Below are positions 31,959 to 41,453 of a stretch of DNA of 64,000 bases, one piece after another (within the stretch, counting starts at the first letter, position 1; each line of letters opens with the position of its first letter). This stretch comes from Pirellulales bacterium. GTDB taxonomy: Bacteria; Planctomycetota; Planctomycetia; Pirellulales; PALSA-1355. The stretch is taken from assembly GCA_963733035.1 (NCBI GenBank), contig CAVTBU010000006.1, forward strand, positions 928,001-992,000. The letters are read 5' to 3'. The position numbers were made by a program, and so were the translations under genes. The notes beneath the pieces were generated by a model. It was not told where the DNA came from. It did no database searches and saw nothing but the letters and a program-made list of their open reading frames with translations.

Positions 31959-32777
31959 CTAGGCGATCAGTTCCGCGCGGATCTGCTCCGCGAAAAGGTA
32001 CGTGAGGTGCTTGCGGTGGCGCGGCGAACCGTGCGTGTCATCTAAATACATGTCGCCCGGAATGGCGGCATCCAGCGCGCCGCGAACATCCGCCCTAGCG
32101 ATTCCGGCCGGGAAACGAAACTGGTACGGGCGCAACGTGGAAGCGGTAACAGTCAAGAGGATATCACCATTGCCGGGGTCGTGTGTCCCAATCAACAGCG
32201 CCTCGGACCGGCCCAGATGCGTCAGCGTAAATCTCCGGAACGCAAATGTCTTCTTCAGCGCGGCCTGCGGCAGAAAAATCGACCGGACAAGCTCGCCCGG
32301 CCGCAGGATATTCTCGTTGTTGCCGGTGACGAACTCCACAGCCGGCACCTGGCGTTTGGTGCCGTCGCGGGACCATAACGTGCACACGCCTTCGAGTGCC
32401 GTCGTCAGAGAAATCATCGGGCCCGCCGGCAACGACATGACCAGATTGCCTCCCACGGTGGCTTCATTCCAGATCTTGTAGGAGGCCAAAAACGACCGGC
32501 AGCACATCGGAATCAACGGGGCCACCAACCATTGGGGCGGCGCCTCGAACCCGTTCAATTGAACCACGCGACAGGTCGCGGCGATTTCGAGACCGTCGGC
32601 GGTGACCTTGAGAGGCTCCCAGCCAAACCCATCGATATCGATCAGAGTGTCGGTTTGAAGCTGCGGTTCCGAAAAGAGCCACGTTCCGCCGGCGAGCCAG
32701 GCATGCCCGTCGGCCCAGGTTTTCACCTCTTCCGGACGATTCGGTCGCCGAACGGTCTTGATCGTGTGCAGGTCCAT
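31959..32777 (-). CDS. Molybdopterin dehydrogenase FAD-binding subunit
   Basis: LAGGTWLFS, ATVGGN, upstream of the Mo subunit. Confidence 0.9.
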   Translation of the reverse strand: MDLHTIKTVRRPNRPEEVKTWADGHAWLAGGTWLFSEPQLQTDTLIDIDGFGWEPLKVTADGLEIAATCRVVQLNGFEAPPQWLVAPLIPMCCRSFLASYKIWNEATVGGNLVMSLPAGPMISLTTALEGVCTLWSRDGTKRQVPAVEFVTGNNENILRPGELVRSIFLPQAALKKTFAFRRFTLTHLGRSEALLIGTHDPGNGDILLTVTASTLRPYQFRFPAGIARADVRGALDAAIPGDMYLDDTHGSPRHRKHLTYLFAEQIRAELIA

Positions 32778-32874
32778 AGTCAAAAGGACTCGTCAGACTC
32801 CAAGGTCGAGTTCTTGGTATGGTAGACGGTTGGATCGCCGAACCCAAGCGGATCTTGACGCGACGTTCCGCGCC

Positions 32875-32930
32875 GCGTTGTTCCCCAACCAAGCTTCGCC
32901 CCGGCGGCTCGTCACAGCCATCCTCAAGTC
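32875..32930 (+). mobile_element. IS256-family transposase C-terminal relic (right)
   Basis: Translates ALFPNQASPRRLVTAILK. Confidence 0.6.
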
Positions 32931-33229
32931 GGCGCTCTGCGGCCCTCCAGTCCCCGGGAAACGTAATTCGCATAGCCAGGATATATCGTCAACACACTCG
33001 TCGAGGCCCAGGGATTGCGGCCAGCACGGCAATCAGATGCACGAACAACAACTCCGGAGGCGATGAGTTCATCGCTTGTTATCTCAGGTCCTCGCAACCT
33101 GCCATCCCCTTCAAGAATAGCTCAATAGCCGTCCTGTCGCCCCGACCTAAGCTAGTTTGAGAGCTCTTCGGCGTTTGTCGCGGAGGGGTCTTCGGTGCGC
33201 CGGTGCGCGTTGGGGTGTCGCGGCAGCGG

Positions 33230-34101
33230 TCACTGGGCGGGCTGGTACATCTCGTCGGCGGGTGCCGGGGCGACGCCGAGTTCGGTGGCAACCGCGTCGA
33301 CTGCGTGCTGGGCGAGGTCGAGATCGACTCGACCATCGGAAGTGAAGTAGGGGCCGATATAGCGTTTGTAGTACCGCTCAACTTCATCGCGGTTCAGCCG
33401 GTCGAGGAACGAGGCGACGTAATCGACGGCCAACTGCGGTTGTTCGGCGATCGTGAACAGGGCTCGCCGGTTGGCCCGCACCAGCGCCTGCAGCGCCGGG
33501 TTATCGAGCGGGATACGAGCGGGATCCACGGCGATTCCCACGGTGGGGATCTGAAAGTGGTCGCCAACCCAGGACAACACCGAAAAGCCCTCCTCGCCGG
33601 CGACCTGTTCGGCGCCAAGGAGCTGCCCACGTAGGCCGCATCGATCGAACCGTCGCGAAGGCGCCGCAGATCCATCTGGTAGTCACCCGGAGCGCGTGCG
33701 ATGCACTCCAGGTCGCGATCGGGGTCGAGGCCGTGCTTGCGGAGCACGATCCGCGCGAAACAGCCCGGCGCCGTGCGGGGCGGGTGGACCGCCAGTCGGC
33801 GCCCGCGAAGATCGGCCATGGATTTCAGCTCGCCACGCCCGAGGAACCAGAACAGCGGACGATGGGTGTTGACGGCGAGCGCTTTCCATTGGATGCCGTC
33901 GGTCAGCCGCGACAGCAAAGCCCGGCCCAAGCCGATGGTTGCGCCACCGCGGAGGCGCTCGGTTTTCCACCGGATTCCGTCGCGGATGGCGACGTGGACA
34001 CCCTCCTCCTCGAAGTATCCCTGCTGATCGGCCACATAGGCGATGAGTTCTTCGTGGAGTCCACGCCCGACGTAGGTCAGATCGATCATGTGCATCTGCA
34101 C
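33230..34101 (-). CDS. NMT1/THI5-like ABC substrate-binding protein; frameshift near 33612
   Basis: QGYFEEEGV, DLRGRRLAV, L.KHGLDPDRD, GSIDAA; C-terminal part in the 33230..33580 frame. Confidence 0.75.
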
Positions 34102-34149
34102 AATCGCCTTTCTCCGAATCTTGGGCAGCTGCGCTGGCTCTCGCCAGAT

Positions 34150-34893
34150 TCAGTCCATTGCCAGGCCGCCGTTGACCGGAAGGTAGTGACCAGTGGTGAA
34201 ACCGGAATCCTCACTTGCCAAGAAAGCCACGGTCTTGGCGACATCGTCGGGACGAGGCAGCCGCCGCATCGGCGTGGCCGCGGCCAACTCGTGCATCCGC
34301 TCGGCCGTGAATTGCCGGGTCACCCTTGTCCCCTCCACAGTAGCCGGTGCGACGAGATTGGCCGTGATCCCGTGCGGCGCGAGCTCCAAAGCGACGTACC
34401 GCACGAACTGGTCGAGGGCCGCTTTGGCGGTGCCCAGCGCGATCATCCCCTCACGTGCACGGCGCGACAGCCCGGTGCTCAGATAGATCAGCCGACCGTA
34501 GCCGCGCGAAATCATTCCGGGCACAACGGCCTTTGTTGTCAGGAACGCGGCATGCAGCTCGCTGTCCAGCTTGCCGCCCAGCTGCTCCCAGCTCAGCTCG
34601 GCGAACGAGGTGATGGCGAACGGAGTCATCGCGTTGTGCACGAGCACGTCGGTCCCTCCCCAGCGCTGACCGATTTGGTCGACCATCGCGGTGACGTCAT
34701 TCGGCACGGTGACGTCGGCTTTGATCGCCACGGCTTCGCCCCCGGCCGCGGCGATGGTTGCCACCACATCCTCGGCCTGCGGTGCGCTTGAGCGGTAGTT
34801 CACGACCACGCGGTAACCATGTTTGGCCAGCACCGCTGCGGTTGCCGCACCGATTCCGCGGCTGGCTCCGGTGATGAGCGCGACTCGTACCAT
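34150..34893 (-). CDS. Short-chain dehydrogenase/reductase (FabG-like)
   Basis: ITGASRGIG, VLVHNA, ELAPHGITANLVAP, TG..LPVNGG; the usual catalytic Tyr position reads Leu (LGTAK). Confidence 0.9.
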   Translation of the reverse strand: MVRVALITGASRGIGAATAAVLAKHGYRVVVNYRSSAPQAEDVVATIAAAGGEAVAIKADVTVPNDVTAMVDQIGQRWGGTDVLVHNAMTPFAITSFAELSWEQLGGKLDSELHAAFLTTKAVVPGMISRGYGRLIYLSTGLSRRAREGMIALGTAKAALDQFVRYVALELAPHGITANLVAPATVEGTRVTRQFTAERMHELAAATPMRRLPRPDDVAKTVAFLASEDSGFTTGHYLPVNGGLAMD

Positions 34894-35332
34894 CGTCCTT
34901 GCTTTCCGCTGGGGTTGTTCACTGTTCTGTCGAGGCGGACATTGCGCGTCGCCACGGCGTCGCCGAGCAATCGCCGTACCGTTTGGCATCGCACGCCTCC
35001 GCAAACGCGTTTGTGAATCCAGTGACCGACGACCGGGCGGAAAGGACTGGTCGGTCAGCAACCATTCTGGACGTCGCGCGTGCGGAATGACTGCTCGACT
35101 GGGCCAGCAGATTTAGGCAGCTTGTGCGATCCGTTCACGCCAAGCCTCGCACAGCAAGTGATGCTTCCGCACCGACGTGCATCGAAGCGGGGCGCACGCT
35201 TCGACGCTTGTATCCTCCGGATTGACAATCGGGCATCCGATTTGCGGTGCTGCCCGCCGAAATGTTCCGGATGCATTCATTCGGCCCGCAAGCAGCGCGG
35301 AAATACGCGGCGGCGTCGATCATCTCGCAACC

Positions 35333-35359
35333 TGTCACAAAACCCAGGTCGCGAGCGTC
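35333..35359 (+). promoter_or_regulatory. ECF41-type promoter TGTCACA-n16-CGTC
   Basis: Exact match to the ECF41 consensus, upstream of a cupin + NAD-binding epimerase-like operon. Confidence 0.7.
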
Positions 35360-35426
35360 CTTGATATAGAAAGCCGGGGAAGCTGGTGCTCCGCAGAGTC
35401 CGCCGAACATCAAACGAGGAAGAATC

Positions 35427-35864
35427 ATGCTCCGCAGTTTACTCGTTCTGGCGTTTGGGGTCGGCGTTGGACTCGGCGGATTTGCGGCGGCAAACTGTTT
35501 TGAGAACGGTGAGTCCGTGAAGATCCGTGCCGCTCGCAACATCAAGGAGAAGTTGGACGGCAAGGGCGCGAAGGTGACGGTCGTCGAGGTGACCATCGAC
35601 CCGGGAAAGTCTGGCTTGCCTCATCGCCACCCGGGGCCGGCGTTCGTTTATGTGGTGGAAGGTGAATACGAGCTCGGAATCGATGACCAGCCGACGAAGT
35701 TTTTCAAAGCCGGCGAGACATTTTACGAGCCGACCGGTTGTCTACATCGGGTGTCGAAGAACCCGGCGGCCAAGGGCAAGACGCGCCTGATTGCGTTCGT
35801 GCTACATCCGCGCGACGCAAAGGAAATCGCGATCCCAGAGCACGCAACGGAACCGTGCCGGTGA
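35427..35864 (+). CDS. Cupin domain protein with signal peptide
   Basis: PHRHPGPAFVYVVEG, GETFYEP..LH.VS.N. Confidence 0.9.
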   Translation: MLRSLLVLAFGVGVGLGGFAAANCFENGESVKIRAARNIKEKLDGKGAKVTVVEVTIDPGKSGLPHRHPGPAFVYVVEGEYELGIDDQPTKFFKAGETFYEPTGCLHRVSKNPAAKGKTRLIAFVLHPRDAKEIAIPEHATEPCR

Positions 35865-35907
35865 TCAGGCGCGTCCTTCGGCACCACGACAAACCAAGAG
35901 GTTCACA

Positions 35908-36669
35908 ATGAAAATCGTAGTCATCGGCGGCACCGGGCTGATCGGAACCAAGCTCGTGCGTAAGCTACGGCAGCAAGGCCATGAAGTCGTGGCGGCGTCG
36001 CCCTCGTCGGGAGTCAACACCGTCACTGGCGAGGGACTGGCTGACGCGCTCGTGGGCGCGGAGGTCGTCGTCGACGTGGCAAACGCGCCGTCGTGGGAGG
36101 ACAAGGCGGTCATGGAGTTTTTCGAGACCGCAGGGCGCAACCTCCTGGCCGCGGAGGCGGCCGCCAATGTGCGGCATCACGTGGCACTGTCGGTCGTCGG
36201 CACCGACCGCCTGCTGGCGAGTGGGTACTTCCGCGCGAAGATGGCCCAGGAGGAACTGATCAAGGCTTCGGCGACGCCCTACACGATCGTCCGCTCGACG
36301 CAGTTCTTCGATTTCGTAGGGGGAATTGCCCAATCAGCAACGGACGGGCAAACCGTTCGGCTGCCGCCGGTCCTGATGCGGCCGATTGCTTCGGACGACG
36401 TTGCCGCGGTGCTGGCCGGTGTCGCAACGGCAAGACCGAAGAATGGCACGGTCGAAATTGCGGGCCCCGAATTGATCCGGATGGACGAACTGGTGCGGCG
36501 ATTCCTGGTCGCCAGCAAAGACACCCGCCAGGTGAGCACGGATCCAACAGCGCCGTATTACGGCATTCCGGTGAACGATCGAAGCCTGGTGCCTGGCAAA
36601 CGTCCGCGCGTCGGCCCGACGCGCTTCGCGGATTGGCTGGCTTCTCAGTCGCTGGCGGTGGCCCACTGA
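35908..36669 (+). CDS. NAD(P)H-binding NmrA/epimerase-like oxidoreductase
   Basis: MKIVVIGGTGLIG, HHVALSVVG, YFRAK, RSTQFF. Confidence 0.9.
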   Translation: MKIVVIGGTGLIGTKLVRKLRQQGHEVVAASPSSGVNTVTGEGLADALVGAEVVVDVANAPSWEDKAVMEFFETAGRNLLAAEAAANVRHHVALSVVGTDRLLASGYFRAKMAQEELIKASATPYTIVRSTQFFDFVGGIAQSATDGQTVRLPPVLMRPIASDDVAAVLAGVATARPKNGTVEIAGPELIRMDELVRRFLVASKDTRQVSTDPTAPYYGIPVNDRSLVPGKRPRVGPTRFADWLASQSLAVAH

Positions 36670-36697
36670 GATCTTAAAAGTCGTTGTGTGTGGGCGC

Positions 36698-37828
36698 TTA
36701 AAAAAAGGCCTTGGTCTGCATTCGCGGGCGAAGACGGCGCGGCCGCGTCATCGCCAATCCGGCAAGTGCGATCAGGCATAGCGCCGCGCTCGACGGTTCG
36801 GGAACGAGCAGAGTCGGGCTGACCGCACCCGCCGTGAAACTGCCACCGTCCGTGACGATGTCATGGCCGGCGTATAGATTCCCATTGGCCTTACTGAGGC
36901 TGGTGAAATTGATGTCGCCGTTGGGCGCGTAGACCGTGCCCAACAGATTCGTGAATTGCACGGCAAAGTTCGCGTGGGTCTCCCAATAGATCTGGCTGGC
37001 GGCAATGCCCGGCACGCTATTGAATGCGGCGCCATTGAGCTTCATTTCTGCCGAGATCAGAAACACGTCGCCTGTGACAAAGATGTTTATCGGGCCCTGG
37101 GTGGTCTCAAAGTTGAACGTCACGAAGGAGCCCAGTGAGCGAATGTCGCTGAAGTAATAGTCTCCGGCGGAGAGGTAGACGGTGTTCGAGCCGATCATGG
37201 TCAGCTCACCGTAGCTGCCCGGCGAGAGCGTTCGCGTATCAAATAACGCCAGGTTGACATTCGTTGCGCCGGCGGAAAAGCTGTGTGAGCTGGGCAAGTC
37301 AACTGGCGTGAAGGCAGGGGGCGAAACCGGCGAAAAGGGAAAGGTCCCGGCTCCCACGGTTGCCGACAACCCCAGCGAGATCGAACCGCCGGCTTTGATG
37401 CTGCCGGTAACGTTCCCGTTCGAGACGACGTTGCCACCGGCCACGATGTTGCCGGCCACATTGGCGGTGGTATTCAGGCCGCCGCCTACGTTCAGGTTTC
37501 CGCCGATGCTGCCGGAAAACGTCATTAGCGCATTCCCGTTGATCGTCACGTCGCCGGTGGTGGTGACGGCACCGAAGTTGTCATAAATCGAGCCGCCAGC
37601 GCGCACGGATTTTGCCGTGGCTCCACTCAGGAACAGATCGCCATTGCTGCCGATGACGCCGGTGGGATCATTGAGCGAGCCGCTAATCGCCGTGATCGCA
37701 TGACCGGCAAAGACGTTGTAGCTGGCTATTGAATCGGCACGCGCGGCCGACGCCGCCATGGCCAAGACCACTAGCAGTGAGAGAGCGCACGTGCGACGCG
37801 GGGTTGTTGTACTGCCCATGTTGTTCAT
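36698..37828 (-). CDS. PEP-CTERM exosortase-target surface protein (beta-helix/adhesin-like)
   Basis: Signal peptide; G-N-V repeats; GTVYAPNG; C-terminal VPEPSS-TM-RR. Confidence 0.85.
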   Translation of the reverse strand: MNNMGSTTTPRRTCALSLLVVLAMAASAARADSIASYNVFAGHAITAISGSLNDPTGVIGSNGDLFLSGATAKSVRAGGSIYDNFGAVTTTGDVTINGNALMTFSGSIGGNLNVGGGLNTTANVAGNIVAGGNVVSNGNVTGSIKAGGSISLGLSATVGAGTFPFSPVSPPAFTPVDLPSSHSFSAGATNVNLALFDTRTLSPGSYGELTMIGSNTVYLSAGDYYFSDIRSLGSFVTFNFETTQGPINIFVTGDVFLISAEMKLNGAAFNSVPGIAASQIYWETHANFAVQFTNLLGTVYAPNGDINFTSLSKANGNLYAGHDIVTDGGSFTAGAVSPTLLVPEPSSAALCLIALAGLAMTRPRRLRPRMQTKAFF

Positions 37829-38467
37829 GAATCTCGAGCGTGGGGGGATATCAAAAGGACGATTTGACTGACGAACGAAAGTCGGCTCTGGCCAGGGCGC
37901 AAGCCGAGTTGCGGCTGCCATGGCGCGCAAAATCAGCCTTCAGGGAAGTCAGAGAAAGAATGAGAGGCGTCGGCGGCGGTAAAGAGGTAGCAATGCTACC
38001 GGCGGAATGCGTTTGCCTTTACCAGCCAAATTGCATGAGCGCTCGCCGCGACACCAGGAAGGAATGTTCCAGATTGCACCCTAGTATACTGACCGTCATC
38101 AACCGAATCAAGCACCAATGGGGGGCGAAGCGTGGTCGCTTGAGCGGTTCTGGCCCGCTCGTCAACACCCCGGCGCGGCTGCGGACCTGGCTTCAATCCT
38201 AAATGGCGGTGGTGCCCATTCTTGGTTCTTGAGACCACGATCCGCGGGCGAGAGGGCCGGTGCTGTTGTTTCGTGTGCCTCGGTGAACGGAGGCCTCGAC
38301 AATCAAGTCTCGTCGTCGGTCGATATGTTGCCGTTCTTGTCGCGTGGCGGCGGTGCGTGGAACGGATTGGCTTGCGCGGTTCGAGGGCTCGCATTTTCTG
38401 TTTCGGCCGAATCCATCGAGCGGATAAGATCGGGTATCCCAGGAATCGTACGAAAAATGCGCCGGCA

Positions 38468-39298
38468 ATGATTTACCATTCCCACACTCCCTCGCGGCTG
38501 GCCGACTTCGTCGAACGCTTCTGGCTGTGCCTGGATGTTCCCTTCGATCGACGCGTGCGGATTCTGCCGAGCGGCGCGATGGAGTTGGTGATCAACCTGT
38601 GCGAGGATGAGATTCGGGTTTTTGACTCCTCGCCATCCGAACGCTGCGCGCGGTATTCGGGGACCGTTGTCTCTGGTCCCTACACGGGATCGCTGATGAT
38701 CGACCCAATGCAGCGTTCGACGGTCATCGGCGTGCATTTCAAGCCCGGAGGAGCGTTCCCGTTCCTGAGTGCACCGTCCCACGAACTGGCGGACATGCAC
38801 CTCGACCTTGAAACCCTCTGGGGACGGACCGCCGCCGAATTGCGCGAGCGGCTGTGCGCGGCACGGACGGTTGGACAGCGGTTTTCGCTGCTGGAGGAGA
38901 CGCTTGTCTCGCGGCTACGAAACGGAACTGCGCGCGATGGCGCGGTAGCGATCGCCCTGGCGACGTTCGATCGAACGGACGGAAGAGCAAAGGTCCGCGA
39001 CGTAGCGCGCCACGTCGGGCTTTGCCAGCGGCGACTGATCCAGGTGTTTGCGGCCGAAGTCGGCCTGACGCCGAAAATGTACTGCCGCGTGCGACGGTTT
39101 CAAAAGGCCCGCGACCTCGTGCGCAACCTCGCGGCGCCGGACTGGGCTCACGTGGCAGTGGACTGCGGCTATTGCGACCAATCGCACCTGATCCGCGATT
39201 TCCAGGCACTCTCGGGCCTGAGTCCCCGAAATTACCTCTGCCAGTCGAGCGGCCAATTCGGGACGGTCTTTTCGAACCACATGCCGCAGGCCGGATAG
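38468..39298 (+). CDS. AraC family transcriptional regulator
   Basis: ILPSG, GVHFKPGG, VGLTPK..RVRRF, GYCDQSHLIRDF..SG.SP. Confidence 0.92.
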   Translation: MIYHSHTPSRLADFVERFWLCLDVPFDRRVRILPSGAMELVINLCEDEIRVFDSSPSERCARYSGTVVSGPYTGSLMIDPMQRSTVIGVHFKPGGAFPFLSAPSHELADMHLDLETLWGRTAAELRERLCAARTVGQRFSLLEETLVSRLRNGTARDGAVAIALATFDRTDGRAKVRDVARHVGLCQRRLIQVFAAEVGLTPKMYCRVRRFQKARDLVRNLAAPDWAHVAVDCGYCDQSHLIRDFQALSGLSPRNYLCQSSGQFGTVFSNHMPQAG

Positions 39299-39400
39299 GT
39301 CAATTTTGTCCAATACCGGCAGCTGCCGCGGTCGCAGAATGTGAAGGACCGGCGGGACGGCAGCGTCCCCATTTCAAAATCCAGACCAGGAGATACACCG

Positions 39401-39895
39401 ATGGTTAACTACTATCCTGTCGCCACCTGCGGCTTAATGACATTCGCACTCGCGGCTTTCCTAAACCCACAAGCGGCCGGCGGCGGCGATGCGGAAAAAG
39501 AAAAGCCGCCCGCTTTCCGCGCGGTGGCGATCCGGTATCAGGTCAAGGACGTTGACGCTTCGATCGCGTTCTACACCAAACACCTGGGCTTCCAAGTCGA
39601 GCGGCAATTTGGCGCAGGAGCGCCCTTCGGCAGCGTCTCGAACGGTCCGTACGTCGTGTGGCTCAGCGGTCCCGACAGCTCGGGCACTCGGCCACTGCCC
39701 GACGGTCGCAAGCAACAGCCCGGCGGTTGGAACCGACTTGCGCTGGAAGTCGACGATTTGCCAGCCTGCGTTGCGGCACTAAAGAAGGCGGGCTTGCGCT
39801 TCCGGAACGAAATCGTGGAAGGGCCGGGTGGCAAACAGATCCAGCTTGAAGATCCCGACGGCAACCCGGTGGAGTTGTTCGAGTCCGCCTTTTAG
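39401..39895 (+). CDS. VOC/glyoxalase family protein with signal peptide
   Basis: RYQVKDVD.SIAFYT..LGF, PGGWNR, GPGGKQIQLEDPDGNPVELFE. Confidence 0.9.
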   Translation: MVNYYPVATCGLMTFALAAFLNPQAAGGGDAEKEKPPAFRAVAIRYQVKDVDASIAFYTKHLGFQVERQFGAGAPFGSVSNGPYVVWLSGPDSSGTRPLPDGRKQQPGGWNRLALEVDDLPACVAALKKAGLRFRNEIVEGPGGKQIQLEDPDGNPVELFESAF

Positions 39896-39983
39896 CGGTC
39901 GCGGCTTTGCCCCGCACATGGCGAGGTCGTAAGGATGCGATTGGCCTGGCCGATCATCGGCTCCACAAGCGGCGCTCGCGCGT

Positions 39984-40038
39984 CGTGCCGTTTAACGGCT
40001 GAGGGGGTGAGCCTGCGCCATTTCCTGGTCGCTCGACC
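39984..40038. repeat. Degenerate REP-like repeat with ccatttcctggtcgctcgacc tail (copy D)
   Basis: Matches 10441-10472 and 44901-44953. Confidence 0.7.
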
Positions 40039-40373
40039 TCGATTTGTGGGGCGTTGGTGAAACATGACAGTTCGTCATGCGGCACGAACGCAGCCTCTCG
40101 TAGGCCGACAAGCGTCATCAGCTTGAGGTCTTCGCCGCCCGTGACTGCGGTCGGAGGCCGCGCGTTGCGACAGTTCCGTTGTGCGGGCGGACGATCCAGC
40201 CGACACGACTTGGAAGAATTCCCAGAATGCGGCGTGTGTCACACCCCCCGCAGCTAGTATCGGCCGTCGGCAGCGTTTATACTTCTGTGCAGAGGCGCTG
40301 TAGCGGGTGGCGCACAGCTGAGCTGAATCGTTTGGCGACAACGATGGCCCAACTTGGCGTTGAGGAGGTTGGA

Positions 40374-41372
40374 ATGCTGATCTGTCGAGCCACGCGTTCC
40401 TTGGTCGCTGCCGCCGCATGCTCCGTCCATTGTTTGTTGCTGGGGGCCTCAGCCGTCACCGCCGTCTGGCCCTCTGACGCTGCCGCCGTCGGGTGGGACG
40501 GCGACGACTTTCTCATCGCCGGGGCCGGAACGGACACTATCGGCGTCTACGACAGCGACTTGACGTTTAAGGGCAACCTCGATGCGAGCTTCGACAGGGT
40601 CACCGGCCTCGACTTTGACGCTGCGGGCAACCTCGTGGCGGTGGGGCAGAATCAGCAAGTGCGGGTGTACCGAAGCGACGGCACGCTGCTCTCAAGTTTC
40701 ACCAACGCGGACCTGGGCGCTCCGTACGAACTGAAGGTCGGGCCAGCCTCCGTCGGCGGCAATTACTACGTCGGAACCCAGGATGCCAACGGGGGAACCG
40801 GCTTGCGGGAATTCAGTCCCGCAGGAGCGACGCTGCGGCAGTTCGCCAGTGGCGACTACGAGTCCGTGGCCGTGTTGCCTGACAATGTGCTTTGGGGTGG
40901 CGGCTCTTTGAGCGTGAGTGGGATCCACGCGTTCGACCTGATCTCCGGCAACCCCACCGCGACGCTGCCGATCTCCACCGTCGTGACGATGTCCTACAGC
41001 CCCGTCACCGACACGGTGCTGCTGGGCCAAAATAGCGGTTCTGGAATTGTCGAATGGCAGACCGACGGCACCTTGCTCGACTCCTTCAGCGCAGCCGGCT
41101 TCCTGGCCCGCGGCGTGACCCGCGGCCCCGGCGGTGAAGTGTTCGCCACGAGCCAGTTTGACAATGGCGTCTATCACTGGCACGCCGACGGCACTTTCGT
41201 CGGATTCACCGACCTCTCGACTAGCATCGTCGGCACGCGAAACATTGTCTGGACCGGCAACGCCATCCCCGAACCGAGCACCGCCGCACTACTGGCGCTG
41301 GGCAGCCTAATGCTCCTATGGCGTCTGCCCCGCCAGGGAGCAGGAGCGTTTCTGTCCAGCTTACGGAGGTAA
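40374..41372 (+). CDS. PEP-CTERM surface protein, beta-propeller (NHL-like)
   Basis: GAGG RBS; signal peptide; repeated G.L..F blades; IPEPST-TM-R. Confidence 0.85.
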   Translation: MLICRATRSLVAAAACSVHCLLLGASAVTAVWPSDAAAVGWDGDDFLIAGAGTDTIGVYDSDLTFKGNLDASFDRVTGLDFDAAGNLVAVGQNQQVRVYRSDGTLLSSFTNADLGAPYELKVGPASVGGNYYVGTQDANGGTGLREFSPAGATLRQFASGDYESVAVLPDNVLWGGGSLSVSGIHAFDLISGNPTATLPISTVVTMSYSPVTDTVLLGQNSGSGIVEWQTDGTLLDSFSAAGFLARGVTRGPGGEVFATSQFDNGVYHWHADGTFVGFTDLSTSIVGTRNIVWTGNAIPEPSTAALLALGSLMLLWRLPRQGAGAFLSSLRR

Positions 41373-41453
41373 TGATGACGCTGTATTTGCCCTCCCTCCG
41401 ATTGGACATCGTAGGTCTTCGGACCTAACGTCGGTCACATCGACGAATGGCAC

